Shown one piece after another: positions 1-12,689 of a DNA stretch of 64,000 bases. The stretch comes from Negaprion brevirostris (lineage: Eukaryota). Every line of letters begins with the position of its first letter. Position 1 is the stretch's first letter. The position numbers were made by a program, and so were the translations under genes. The stretch spans positions 74,193,702 to 74,257,701 of the forward strand of contig JARDVH010000132.1 in assembly GCA_030324005.1 (NCBI GenBank), read 5' to 3'. A model generated the notes under the pieces. The model was given only the letters and a program-made list of their open reading frames with translations, had not been told where the DNA came from and did no database searches.

Positions 1-72
1 TGAATGGCGGGGCAGGCTCGAAGGGCTAGATGGCCTACTCCTGCTCCTATTTCTTATGTTCTTATGTTCTTA
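1..72 (+). mobile_element. 3' end of a young CR1-type LINE
   Basis: tgaatggcggggcaggctcgaagggctagatggcctactcctgctcctatt followed by a (tcttatgt)n tail. Near-identical to copies at 5620-5693 and 58557-58607. Confidence 0.85.
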
Positions 73-88
73 TACTGCAAAATACTCC

Positions 89-396
89 TAGAATCCCATA
101 GTGCAGAAGGAGGCCATTTGGCCCATCGGGTCTGCACCGATCACAGTCCCACACAGGCCCCACTCCCACAATCTGATGCATTTACTCTAACTAATCCCCC
201 TGACATTAAGGGGTCATTTAGCATATCCAATCCACCTAACCAGCACATCTTGGGACTGTGGGAGGAAACCTGGAGGGAACCCACGCAGACACGGGGAGAA
301 CATGCAAACTCCACAAAATGGCCCAAGCCAGGAATCGAACCAGGGTCCCTGGCACTGTGAGGCAGCAGTGCTAACCACTATACTACCGTAATGCCC
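89..396 (-). mobile_element. HE1-like V-SINE (tRNA-derived, CR1-type tail)
   Basis: The reverse complement shows A box (tagtggttagc), B box (ggttcgattcc), V-SINE core (ttctccccgtgtctgcgtggg...cccacagtcc) and tail (ggcctccttctgcactatgggattcta). Confidence 0.9.
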
Positions 397-454
397 CTGA
401 ATACTGGCGTACAAGATAGATATGATAAAATGAGTTATCTTTCCATTTCAAATG

Positions 455-1475
455 TGTCTGTAAAGATGTAGCTGGGGTGAAGGAAGAATGAATATTTGAG
501 TCACCTTTGTGTGTTTGTATTGAGATTTTTCCAATCTTTTTGTCCAGTGTAATGCTGTTCATTTTTCTTGTTTAAGAATTTTTCTTTGTTAGCAATTCTT
601 CAGCCGACTGCTGTGTATTTGGTCAGCAACTTTTCTCCATGGTCTCTAAAATAAAAGTTAGGATCTATCAATCCAGATTTCACTCTGGGATCTGACTTGC
701 CGATCAACTGGAATCATGGAAGCATCATGTGCTGCAGGGGACCAGGATATGCATGGTTGGTTTTGTGTTTCTCTTGATGGCTGCTCAAATATGATGAGAT
801 ACCTGACTACAGGACCAAAGAGTTACTCAGGCACTGGGCTTTGGGTGTGAAAGCTAGCTGAGTAATGTTTAAGATGGAGCAGCAGCAGCTGATGGCTTCA
901 TTCTGTTTGGAAGTTGGGGTTCAAAGCAGCCCAGAGACAGTAGTTACTCAGTGCAGCTAGGAAGAAGATTGGCAACTGGGAACTAGAACTGTACCTCAGT
1001 ATAGACTACACAATACAGTCATGGACAAAGTGATTGAGTGGCCGGGAGGTGAGCAGTCACTGGGACAGTCTGAGCTGGAATCCAGTTGTTCAATAACTTG
1101 GAGTGGAGCTACTGTTGAAGGAAATCAGGGGCAAATTCCCTGAAGAAGAGGAGCTGAAATCCCTTGTGAGGAAGAGAAGGTTTATAAAATACAGATGGTT
1201 TATGATGCACAGTATCACTGACATTTGGGTGGGTTAATAAGAGAATTTGTTGGATCTTTTTGGTTATGTCTCTCATTCAATGTGAAGTTGGTGATGTATT
1301 TAACTGTTAATTTATGTTAACCTTGTTAATTCTAAAGGTTACAGTACAAGATTTTGTACAGTAAAAAAATCCTATTTGTTTAAAAATGTGGAATTGTGTG
1401 CCTTTTTCTTGGTAAATAACTGGGATTTCAAATTTTGTTAACTTTATTACAAAAGTTTTATATCAAGCTATAACA
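455..1475 (+). mobile_element. Possible decayed LTR-like sequence(s)
   Basis: aataaa followed by ctctgggatctgacttg (about 650-700) and an end in ...taaca at 1475 resemble LTR U5 ends. No partner LTR seen. Confidence 0.25.
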
Positions 1476-3277
1476 ACATGCATACATGTTGATGTAAGAA
1501 TCTCCCCTCATCTCTTACAGAAAAGGTTTTGTGACTGATAGTTTTAATTGACATTTTAGGACGAGTTCTTAGACACTAGGAATAAATTTGAATTCCCCCA
1601 GGATGGGCAGGCAATGTGTGGAGGGGGTTGAGGAGTGGGTTAAATTGTTGAAGATAGGAAAATTGAACCCAGCCCAGTGAAAACTCACTACTTCTGATTA
1701 TAGCAGGGTGGGTTTCAGATTAAGACAAGTCATCTGCTCCGGAGAGGTAGGCTGCTAATTATAATATTTAAATGAAGCTGCCTGCCTCGAACATCAATTG
1801 GAATTTAGCAGCTGTAGCTACTGCTGTGGGCCAGAGAGAGCAGGAATGCTTCCCCCGAACTCTCAAGCAGTCCTGTCATGATGCGTCTCTCTTGTGAACT
1901 CTTAGCTGCCTCTCTCGCACCTTTCCCCCTTGTCTTCCTGAACTGCTGGGTGGGGAGCGAAGTTAAAAATTCTAATGTGTTTGTGCCATTAAAATTGTCA
2001 ATCAGGTGCTCTCAATTTTTCGTGTTTCAAGATCCCATGGCTACTAACAGGTGCCCCCATTCCCTCTCCACTTCCCTCTAAATATCAAGGCCAATACTTT
2101 TACAAAGAGTAGGAACTACATTCTCTCCGGTTAACAATAGTTAATGTGTTAAATTTACAGATGAGAGAATCAGATATGTGAAGTTAGTGTGGTTGCAGTT
2201 ATTGTTCAAAAATACTGGCAATATTCCCCTTAATAGAATTGTGATTTAGGACTATTATTTGCAAATTTTACCACCAAAGTCTTAATTTTGGTTTAATCCA
2301 AGTTTAAACATTAAACAAAAAATAAGATAATTGTTTAATTGTTCTTTATTTTGTGACTTCATGGTTACCCATTATTACCACCATATCATTGCACAATTGT
2401 TATTGTTTAGGCATCCTTCATGGATGAAGCCTAATATCATTATCCATGCAGTTAACATGTTTGAACAGCTCTTACAATGCTATACTCCAGTGTGCTTTCA
2501 ATGTTTTGCTATAAATTGCAACAAAAGTGTTTATGGATACAATTCATGATTAATAAAACAAACTAAAGATATTGTTTGCTTTGATCAAAATAATAAAATC
2601 ACAAACTATTCCTTTTAAAGTGCACTATAAGAGTAAAAAAATCCTATTGTCCTTGATGGTTATTACACTAATTCATCTACAAAAATGTCATTGTTATTGT
2701 AACAAGGTTAAATTTAAAATTATGGCTGTTATGATTCATGTTTGCATGACACTGATATTGTTGTGACAATTAAAACCATGTATGCTAATATTGTACCGGA
2801 ATCACAATGATAGTGACAGATGCGTAATGCTGCAGGCAACCTGTTAGCACTGAGCAGTGACAGCTGGACCTGTGAGAGATACCTCTACTGGGGCAGCGGA
2901 TAAACAGAGAGTGACACTTGGGGCCTTCACTCATCTTCCAGGAGCAGAGACAGCCAGACCAGGGAGGGACGCCTCTACTGGAGCAGTGGGCTGAATTTGA
3001 AAAGACAACCCAGGAGTGATGTAAATTCATTGGTTGGCGGGAAGCTGCAATTAGGGATTATGTTCAAATAGCTTAAACTAGAAAAATGTGTCATTTATAA
3101 AGATGTAGTTCCTTAGCTTTTGGTAAGGAATGATAGCAATGGGGAAGCAAGTGAATAATGCAATAAATTAACAAAGTAAGATAAAGTTAGCATAAAAGTA
3201 CCAAAGTTAAGTTACTAGTAATTTATCCCACTCATTCTACTTGCGCTAAGTGTAATAAATAATATTTTGAGTTATGA

Positions 3278-3985
3278 AATGAGAGGGCAGCTTGGCCAAG
3301 TGGAGTGTATATCCTGTGCTTTATGTAAAGTTATGGACTCATCATATGTCCTAGACAAACCCATCTGGAGGAAGTGTCACCAGCTCAAAAGCTTGAGCCC
3401 TGGGTTTCAGAACTTGAGCGGTGGCTGGAGTTACGTTTGTGCATCTGCGAGACAGACGACTTTGAGGATACCATGTTTGGGGAAGTGACCACACCACAGG
3501 TTAGAAGTGTACAGCCAGAGAGAGTATGGGTGACCACCAGACAGACTAAGAAAACCAGACAGGAGGCCCCTGAGTCTATCCTACTTGCTAACTGGTTTTC
3601 CATTTTAGAAGCTGATTAGGGCAAGGCTGCTCAGTGGAGTGCAGCCAGAGCCAAGCCTGTGGCACCACAGGCAATCCAGTTGCGCAGGGGAGGAGGATAA
3701 ATGGAAGGGCAATAGTGACAGGAAATTCCATGGGTGGGGAATCAAACGGACATTCCTACAGCAGTAAACATGACCCCTGGATGGTGTGTTGCCTCCCTGG
3801 TGCAAGGGACAAGGATACTGGGGGGAAGGCAATCAGCCAGAAATCATGGTCCACATTGGTACCAATGTCGTCAGTTGGAAGGTGGGATGAGGTCTCTGAA
3901 AGCAGATTTCAGGGAGTTAGGACAGAAATTAAAAAGCAGGACCTCGATTACAATAATCTCAGGATTATTCCCAGTTCCACGTGTT
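3278..3985 (+). mobile_element. CR1 LINE ORF1 remnant (Zn-finger/leucine zipper + SGNH esterase)
   Basis: Across frameshifts: QVECISCALC...WRKCHQ, LEPWVSELERWL, EVTTPQV, LANWFSILEA, RAIVTGNS, MVCCLPGARDKD, HIGTN, ADFRELGQKLKSRTS, IISGLFPVPR. Confidence 0.85.
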
Positions 3986-4899
3986 AATGGACACTGGCAA
4001 AGCCAGCTTTATGGAAATTGGAAAGGGTGTCCTGAACTTCAGACCACCCACCTCTACTCCCTGGCTCAGAGAAGCCCCCCTCATTTACTGGTACCAGTAT
4101 CCTGCAACACCACCCTCCCCCACCCCCAACTTTGGCAGGGCCCTATCCAGCCATTTTCCTGAGAACCAGGATGGGGGCGGGGGGAAGAGGGGTGAGTTTA
4201 ATGCCCCCCCTCCCCGGCATGGCCATCAGAACTAGTTTCATTTTTGGTTCAGAGAATCTCTGGGAGAAGAGAATCTGGCTTAAAATAGACAGGTCATATT
4301 TAAATGAGGATATAAACATGCTAATCTGGTTCATGGCCTCACTGGATATGAAACAGATTACGTCAATGCACGGGGACAAGGAGAATCCCAGAGGGGATTC
4401 TTCCTGTGGCCCTGCCCCCACAATTCTCATGTGGCCCCATGTGCAGCCCCAGCATGATCTGTGGATGAGATCATGGAGATCCAGGTCCAGCAGAACACTC
4501 TGTGGCTATCGGATGTGCACTCGGAGCTGCACTCCATCATTCTGGCTATGGGGTCTATGTAGCAGGGTCTCAGTGAGAGAGGGATGAGGCACATCAATCT
4601 CCCTCCAAGTGACACTCCTCCTTCGGGAATTAGGAATGGGCCATTGTGCACTGACAGGGAGCAGAAGCATCCTAATCAGCTGCCTTGTGGGCAACATCTC
4701 TGGGTTCTCCAAGGCTGAGCTGCCATTGCTTATCCCCTCTGCCAATAATCTCAGTATCTCCAGTAGATGAAGCTGAGGTGAATCTGTACAGGCCAGGGCA
4801 TCTACTCAGCAGGCTGCTTTCAGTCAATCTGACTAATATCTGGGATATTAGTTATGCTATGAAGAAAGGTTGGACATGTATAATTGGCATTTCAAAGAA

Positions 4900-5233
4900 T
4901 GAGAGACTATCCTACTTAAACTTACGATCCTGAAGGGACTTACAGGGGTGGATATTAAAAGCATGTTTCCCCTTGTAGGGGACACAGTTTTAAAGTAAAA
5001 AAAAGGGGTGTTTATTTAAGACAGATTTGGGTTTTTTTTTCTGAGTTTCATGAGTCTGTGCAACTCTCTTGAGAGTGGTGGAGGCAGGGTCATTGAATAT
5101 TTTTAAGGCTGGATTAGATTTTCATTAACAAGTGAATCAAATAATACAGGGGGTTGGAAGGAAAATGGAGGCAAAGTCAAAATCAGATTAACCATGGTCC
5201 TTTGAACAGGAGAGCAAGTTTGATGGTCCTATT
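4900..5233 (+). mobile_element. Decayed CR1 LINE 3' fragment
   Basis: atcctgaagggacttacaggggtggat...atgtttcccc, gtggtggaggcagggtcattgaatatttttaaggct, and the terminal gagcaagtttgatggtcct. Confidence 0.7.
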
Positions 5234-5239
5234 CAAACT

Positions 5240-5770
5240 CATAGAAGTTTACAGCATGGAAATAGGCCTTCGGCCCAACTTGTCCATGTCACCTTTTTTT
5301 TAAACCCCTATGCTAATCCCAACTGGCTGCACTGGGCCCATATCCCTCGATATCCATTTTACCCATGTAACTTCTAAATGATTTTTAAAAGACAAAATTG
5401 TACCTGCCTCTGTTGCTACCTCTGGTAGTTTGTTCCAGATACTCACCACCCTTTGTGTGAGCAAATTATCTCTCTGGGCACTTTTGTATTTTCCCCATCT
5501 CACTTAGACCTATGCCCTCTAGTTTTTGAGTCCTCTACCTTTGGGAAAAGATATTGACCATCTAGCTGATCTATATCCCCATTATTTTATAGACCTCTAT
5601 AAGATCACCCTCAACCTTGTATAAGAACATAAGAAATAGGAGCAGGAGTAGGCCATCTAGCCCTTCGAGCCTGTCCCGCCATTCAATAAGATCNNNNNNN
5701 NNNNNTAGCATCCTAGTAAATCTTTTCTGCTCTCTTTCTATAACAGGGTGACCAGAACTGTACACAGTGG
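5240..5770 (-). mobile_element. CR1 LINE 3' fragment interrupted by a younger CR1
   Basis: Minus strand gives REQKRFTRML, GDLIEVYKIMGI and TQRVVSIWNKLPE, plus the terminal aagggcc...atgctgtaaacttctatg-type end. Confidence 0.85.
5620..5693 (-). mobile_element. 3' end of a young CR1-type LINE running into a gap
   Basis: Differs from positions 1-65 by one substitution. Abuts an N run and sits inside the older CR1 fragment. Confidence 0.85.
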
Positions 5771-6505
5771 CAAGAACTGTACTCCTGTTCCTAATTTGTA
5801 TGTTCACTGAGGATGCCAGGGTCACACACAGAATTTGATCAAGTTAGTCCATCCTACTTTAGTTAGCTTGCTTCTGAAACTCAGCAAATGCCGCCTAAGT
5901 CATTCAGAATGCACAAAGCTTCACGGTTTTCTCCAGTAATATAATCAAGATCAGGAAGCAGGTAAAAAATTGTGGGGAAGAATGTATGCTTTAGCAATAT
6001 GCACAGTCACATGAATATATTGATTGTTTGGGCTAGGGCCATTGTAGATTATCTTAATGGATGAACCCCAAAACACATAAGTGATTCATCAGCAGCCTTT
6101 GAAACAAGGACAGAGCAGATCTAAGAAGGGTAGTTGATAATTAATTTGCATTTTTAATATAGGTTGGCAACAATTGTAACACAAAAATACCAAGGTTGTG
6201 AACTTTTCTAACTTTTTGATCCTAGTCTTTTGAAGTATTTATTGTCACTATCTTTAGGATGTGGACAGATGAAGAGGTAACATTGAAGTGGACAAATTAA
6301 AATTGAGTTGCAAAGCCTTAAGCAAAGTTTAAAAACATTAAACTTATATGGAATCTACACTCTATTTTCGGCAATTCAACACTCTTTTCCCCCTCCATTA
6401 AAATAATTATAACTAGATCAATAATACAAACAGCAAACAGGAAATTAAAAAATAATTCATTGCTGAGGATTTTTGATGCAGTAGAACTGTGTTAAAACAT
6501 TAATG

Positions 6506-6677
6506 CATAGAATCATAAAATTCTTTCAGTGCAGAAAGAGGCCATTTTGTCCACTGAGCCTGCACTGACACCGAGCCCACACAAGCCCTATCCCCATAAC
6601 ACCTTATAACCCATTAATCCTCCTCACACTAAGGGGCAATTTAACAAGGCCAATCTATCTAACCTGCGCATCTTTGG
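6506..6677 (-). mobile_element. HE1-like SINE, 3' half
   Basis: catagaatcat...agtgcagaaagaggccatt...aaggggcaatttaacaaggccaatctatctaacctgcgcatctttgg. Confidence 0.8.
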
Positions 6678-6974
6678 CAAGAAACTTTAGGGGCATTGTA
6701 CAATCAGGAAGTGTAAGGACACATTTTCTGCTTCTATCATAGGCTGAAACAAAACATATTTTGTAACTTTTTAAATGCCAGCTTTCCCTGTCAAATGCAA
6801 GTCAATTTCACTTCAGACAAGTCTGCCAATTATGAAAAAAGTTGTTGCTATAACATTTCTGCGGAAGTGTTTTCACATTTTTTTCTATAAGCATAGCTTG
6901 ATCTGTATTTAAGTGATCCAAAATTGGTTCTAACATCTGATAAAACCAACACACACTGAAAACATAGGAGTTCA

Positions 6975-7205
6975 TGCATTTTTAATGCCATTCAGATCCT
7001 GAGGTTGTCCCAAAGCATCTTACAGCCAATAAAATATTTTGAAATTTACACTGTTGTTAGGTAACTAAACACAGCAGACATTTTGCACATAACTAAATGA
7101 TAAATAACCTGTTAGTCTCCTTTCGTTAGTGCTGTTTTAAAGATTAATAGGTAGTTGCATATGGCACTTGGAAATTTCTCTATCTTGTCCAAATAGTGTT
7201 ATTAT
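6975..7205 (-). mobile_element. Old Deu-domain SINE (SacSINE1-like), 3' part with L2-type tail
   Basis: The reverse complement reads ...tgtgcaaaatgtctgctgtgttt...aacaacagtg...ttcaaaatattttattggctgtaagatgctttgggacaacctcaggatctgaatggc, resembling the Deu-SINE 3' region. Confidence 0.55.
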
Positions 7206-7374
7206 TGGCCAACCTGGCAACTCTTATGTTCTAGTATTCCACTGGTACCCACAGAGCTTTGTGAGGTCATTAAAACAAAAAAGAATCTGGACATGTATCA
7301 TTTAGATATTTTTCAATAGAATTAAGGACCTGAATATTTTGGAAAGTGGATTTCTCTTTCTGACATCTGAAGAG

Positions 7375-7950
7375 TCGGCAGACTGCCCTGCAGCCACTTC
7401 ATGCTCAAATGAGTGTCACTTGGCTACAGATGGGACTTGTGCCCCTTGCTCGGCAGAAAGTTGCGCCTTGCCGGCCAATCAGATTGTCTGGCAACTCTCC
7501 AATCCCTGCAGAGCAACAAGAGCTACTATGGACAGAAGATGAACTTCAGTAAGATATCTGAGCCTAAGTCACTGGACTGGATGGCAAGGCAAGTTTACGA
7601 GATCCTAGGATGTGGAGCATAAGGGGGGAGGGAGGTCCAACAGCCACTGGAACTTAACAGCGCGATATCCAAAGTCAGAAAAGAGGCACATCTCTCCACC
7701 CCTTTCACTTTGGGTTTTGCCCAAGTCTGGTTCCCACCAATCTAAAAATTGAGGCTGGGCAGGAAATAGCCCTTTTCCAGCTAATAATTGGCCACTTAAG
7801 GGCCTAAATTGGATCAAGGGTGAGCAGCCTGTCCAAGGCCTTGTTCCAGTGTAAAAGTGTCCTCAGGTCATGGCAAGCAGGAAGCCAGAAGGAATCCTGT
7901 TCATTCAATACCATGAACCCACTGGTGGGGAAGCATGACATTCAGGCCAA
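7375..7950. repeat. Dispersed non-autonomous repeat with a central CCAAT palindrome (copy 1)
   Basis: ctgccctgcagc...ttgccggccaatc-a-gattgtctggcaa; homologous to 10693-10850. Confidence 0.5.
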
Positions 7951-10692
7951 AGTTTCTTTGGAAAGTAAGCATATTTATGACTTGTCGTTTAGACAACAAG
8001 CTCTTTAGTCTATGATCCTTTTAATTGTATTTTGCTGTTGAAGGCGTATTAACATTTTGCTTTGTAAAATCATAAGGTACATCTCTTAATGCCAGGGAGA
8101 AAAGTTACAGAATTTAGGATTGAATTCACTAGAAAAGACACATATAGGTACATAAGACTTCCCGAAAGCAAGATTTGAAACAACTAGTTCCATACTAGAG
8201 CTACTGGTGCAGACTGGTGAATTTATCCGGGAGTAGGGAACACAAAAAATTGTGTAGCATATCTACAGGTGAAAGTTCTTCACTGACATTTCATGAAATT
8301 GGCACCAGTCTCCCAGAGAAGGTTATGGAACCAGTTTATCAATTCCAGCTCTTAATGGTTGTGCAAGTGCTCAAAACATTTCTAACTGCAATACCATTTA
8401 TTCAATTAACTAGCTAGCAAATGCTGCTAACTTGGTAGCTCTCTTAAGGTGTTTAATCCTAAATTAGTTTTATACTTGCCTGAGACAATGGGCAGATTTG
8501 TAACGGCCAAGGTAAGGGCAGGCTCAGGTGTGGGCAGGGGTTTAAAGTTTTGAAAAATGGTGAGAGTTTGGGAACCTGGCATGATCCCATTTACAATATG
8601 GTGAGATTGCAGGCTAGTGAGAGCTGTCGGGTTAGTAATGTCTAAATCCCCAATTATCTCTGGATTTAACCCAGAATTCTGGATTTAGCAGCCAACACAT
8701 TGATTTTGTGAGCTGTGTGGAACTCAGCAGGGTCACCCACCTGAAAGCTCAGGGGGGATTGCTCTTTCAGTGAAGCTGACAGGCCAGAAAGCTGTGAAAT
8801 TGACTTGTTGCAGGCCTGCCCAGATGATATTCTTAGAGATTGNNNNNNNNNNNNNNNNNNNNNNNNNNNNNNNNNNNNNNNNNNNNNNNNNNNNNNNNNN
8901 NNNNNNNNNNNNNNNNNNNNNNNNNNNNNNNNNNNNNNNNNNNNNNNNNNNNNNNNNNNNNNNNNNNNNNNNNNNNNNNNNNNNNNNNNNNNNNNNNNNN
9001 NNNNNNNNNNNNNNNNNNNNNNNNNNNNNNNNNNNNNNNNNNNNNNNNNGGCGCAGAGATCCAGCTCAAAAATGTTGAGACTCCTCCCATCATAGGATCT
9101 ACAGGCTGAGGATCGGGGCTCTCTACATATGTGAGCACCAGTGTTCAGGAGGCAGGTGGTTGCTGACATCTAGAGCCTCCTGAAACAAGCCTTCCTTCCC
9201 AATGGATCTGATTGGCATGCATTATCAGTGGCCTCAAGGTGGCCATGACTGGAGACTTCTCTGCCTATCCCTGGCCTGGTGTCAAGATATCAATCCTAGT
9301 CATTCTGATTTCCCTTCTGTCTACAATCTACTAGAATCCAAGTGTTGTGTTGTCTAATTATTACTTTGGTTTATTTTTCATCATTTCATTCTCTGTGAAT
9401 TCCTTTCCTACAGGCCTTGGCATTCAATTTGTTTCTTTCTCAATTAAGAAAATAAAGTGGTATGAAACTTCTGATAGAATGCACTTTGAGAAAGATGCCA
9501 TTTCAGAAAGGAATGGGAGGGGGCATCTCTCAAAAGAGCATTTGTGATAAGATTACTAATCGGGACTGACCCTGTCCTGAACAGCAGGACAGTCAAGAAC
9601 TAATATTCCAAAATACTGTCAACTTTCTTAAGCACTTCCTGTTCATTCCTATTGTACAAAATTCCTGCTTTAAACAGCCCAGTCATGTGTGCAAGAAAAG
9701 GCACGGTGCTGTAGTGGAGTAACATTATGTGATGAGTGTCATTTGTGAATGCCTATCCCAGCTGCAACTAACACAGGGACCCATAATATCAAACTGTCAA
9801 GATGTGCAATGGAGCTGCTATTCATACTGATCCATTGGCCCAAGTTCAACTCTCAGGCTGCTCGATAATGTGCAAGTCAGTAGTTAGGGCACGTGTATGA
9901 CCAGTTTATTTGAGCTGAGAAAATAAAAGGATAATATTTCCCTCTTTGTTTAAAGTCGAAGAAAAAATATTTTTAATAAAGCTTATGGAGGAGTAAAATT
10001 TCCCTCCCATGTTTATAAATTTCTCCTAAACTTGGAGCATCATTGCACATGTGCAGCAATATTGTTCCAAATTTCAGAGGATCCTGGAGTGTTCCATGTG
10101 GATGGCTTACATAACCTGGCAGCATGACTAAAGCAACCCTAGTCAATATGCCATGCTCTCAGTAGCAAGTTACATAGAATTAGGCCAACAAAAACAAAGT
10201 ACTGACTCAAGCTTAAAGCATATGCTCCCATATGTTAAAGATTTCAATGCTTAGTAACTATCATACAATCAATACAGCACCAATTATAACCAGAAACTAG
10301 AGCAGATTTTACAAATGGAATCTTTATTCTCTAAAAAATATTTTGTTATGTTTTCCACCATGTTTGTCAGGTTGAACTACCAAGTGATTAGTAAATGAAC
10401 TGTGACACAAACATAAGGTGGCTTATTATATTCATTTGGAAATTTACAGGAGTCTTTATCCAAGTGGAACAAATTTGAAACATTTTTTAGGATTTAACTG
10501 GTCTATCCACTCAGGGGGGAGGCACTGCTGATTAAATTTCTTGCACTTCATCTATATTGCAGCATTACATTGTCGATTATTGTCTCATGCCATATTTCTC
10601 ACATTCTTCTCCAGAGACAGATTTTTTTTTCTAATAGCAGGGTTTCCTGTCCACCACCCGACGTGTTGGTGGACATCGCATCCCCTCTGATC

Positions 10693-11330
10693 ACGGCTGC
10701 CCTGCAGCATTGTAAATACTCTGATGAGCGTTGAATGGCTGGAGAGGGGACTTTCACCTCAGATCCTGCCTCAGGCAGCTGCCGGCCAATCTGATTGGCC
10801 AGCAACTCTGTAGTCTCAGCAGCGCCAGTGGCAGCAGTGGCCAGGATTGGGATAACAGGCAATTCTTAGATTCAAAGATCTAGGGCGGGGTTTTATGGCT
10901 TTGCTCGTCTTGAAAACGTAAAATTCCACTCACGGTCAGTGGACCTTCCCATTGTCTGTCCCCTGCCTGCTCCAAGTCCTGTGGTGGGTGGGACAGTAAA
11001 ATTCTGGCACTAGAGTCCAGAACTAGGTAAATGTGTGGGGATCTCACAGCAGAGACAGGAGGGTTAGATCTGAGGCAAATGGGGAGGGGGCAAGGGAATA
11101 TTGATGAAAAGGCCAGGTGGGGAGGGTGCAACCATGGAACAGTCATTATGGGTTCAATGTAGAAAGGGGGCCACTGAGGGAAGCATTCCCTGCCTTCCTG
11201 CCTGAGGCTGCCGCAGAGTCACTGAAAACTCCTGTACCCCTCCTGCCAGCCTCAAAATTGGGACTAGGTGGGAAGCTGCCCATCATAAGGAGGGAAACTC
11301 CATTGGTTTGAGACATACCTAGCGGAAAGT
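10693..11330. repeat. Dispersed non-autonomous repeat with a central CCAAT palindrome (copy 2)
   Basis: ctgccctgcagc...agctgccggccaatc-t-gattggccagcaact. Hosts a small MITE at 10881-11012. Confidence 0.5.
10881..11012. mobile_element. ~130-bp MITE
   Basis: Imperfect TIRs gggcggggtttta / taaaattctggcac, with ctag on both sides. An inverted homolog lies at 60072-60190. Confidence 0.65.
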
Positions 11331-12434
11331 AAAATGGTTGTGGTTGTTGAAAGCCAATTATCTCAATCTGGAACATCACTGCAAAAGTTCTTCACAATAG
11401 TGCTTTTGGCCCAACCACCTTCAGCTGTTTTATCANNNNNNNNNNNNNNNNNNNNNNNNNNNNNNNNNNNNNNNNNNNNNNNNNNNNNNNNNNNNNNNNN
11501 NNNNNNNNNNNNNNNNNNNNNNNNNNNNNNNNNNNNNNNNNNNNNNNNNNNNNNNNNNNNNNNNNNNNNNNNNNNNNNNNNNNNNNNNNNNNNNNNNNNN
11601 NNNNNNNNNNNNNNNNNNNNNNNNNNNNNNNNNNNNNNNNNNNNNNNNNNNNNNNNNNNNNNNNNNNNNNNNNNNNNNNNNNNNNNNNNNNNNNNNNNNN
11701 NNNNNNNNNNNNNNNNNNNNNNNNNNNNNNNNNNNNNNNNNNNNNNNNNNNNNNNNNNNNNNNNNNNNNNNNNNNNNNNNNNNNNNNNNNNNNNNNNNNN
11801 NNNNNNNNNNNNNNNNNNNNNNNNNNNNNNNNNNNNNNNNNNNNNNNNNNNNNNNNNNNNNNNNNNNNNNNNNNNNNNNNNNNNNNNNNNNNNNNNNNNN
11901 NNNNNNNNNNNNNNNNNNNNNNNNNNNNNNNNNNNNNNNNNNNNNNNNNNNNNNNNNNNNNNNNNNNNNNNNNNNNNNNNNNNNNNNNNNNNNNNNNNNN
12001 NNNNNNNNNNNNNNNNNNNNNNNNNNNNNNNNNNNNNNNNNNNNNNNNNNNNNNNNNNNNNNNNNNNNNNNNNNNNNNNNNNNNNNNNNNNNNNNNNNNN
12101 NNNNNNNNNNNNNNNNNNNNNNNNNNNNNNNNNNNNNNNNNNNNNNNNNNNNNNNNNNNNNNNNNNNNNNNNNNNNNNNNNNNNNNNNNNNNNNNNNNNN
12201 NNNNNNNNNNNNNNNNNNNNNNNNNNNNNNNNNNNNNNNNNNNNNNNNNNNNNNNNNNNNNNNNNNNNNNNNNNNNNNNNNNNNNNNNNNNNNNNNNNNN
12301 NNNNNNNNNNNNNNNNNNNNNNNNNNNNNNNNNNNNNNNNNNNNNNNNNNNNNNNNNNNNNNNNNNNNNNNNNNNNNNNNNNNNNNNNNNNNNNNNNNNN
12401 NNNNNNNNNNNNNNNNNNNNNNNNNNNNNNNNNN

Positions 12435-12658
12435 AAAGTACACACGATCATGACTTGAAACCACATTGTCATTCCTTCAGTGTTGTCGGGTCTAAATCCT
12501 GGAAGTCCTTTACCAACAGCACTGTTAGTGTTCATACATCAAATGGATTGTAGTGATTCAAAATGACTTACCATCAGCTTCCTACGGGCAGTTAATGATG
12601 AGCAATTAATGCTGACCTTGCTAGCAACACCCACATCCAGTAACAAAATAAATAAAAA
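12435..12658 (+). mobile_element. 3' end of a second LINE family (CR1-group)
   Basis: gggtctaaatcctggaagtcc...aacagcactg...gatgagcaattaatgctgacc...cccacatcc plus A-rich tail. Same family at 14865-15122 and 47835-48660. Confidence 0.7.
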
Positions 12659-12689
12659 TACCAACTGATACTCTTGCAGGGAGACTTGC

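Noticed and set aside
4132-4745. Overlapping 75-150-aa ORFs in a GC-rich stretch
   Set aside because: No recognisable domain; resembles non-autonomous repeat DNA.
11334-12535. Long ORFs of 343-390 aa (and similar ones at 8666-9169, 20645, 24490, 53009)
   Set aside because: Artefacts of translating through N runs.
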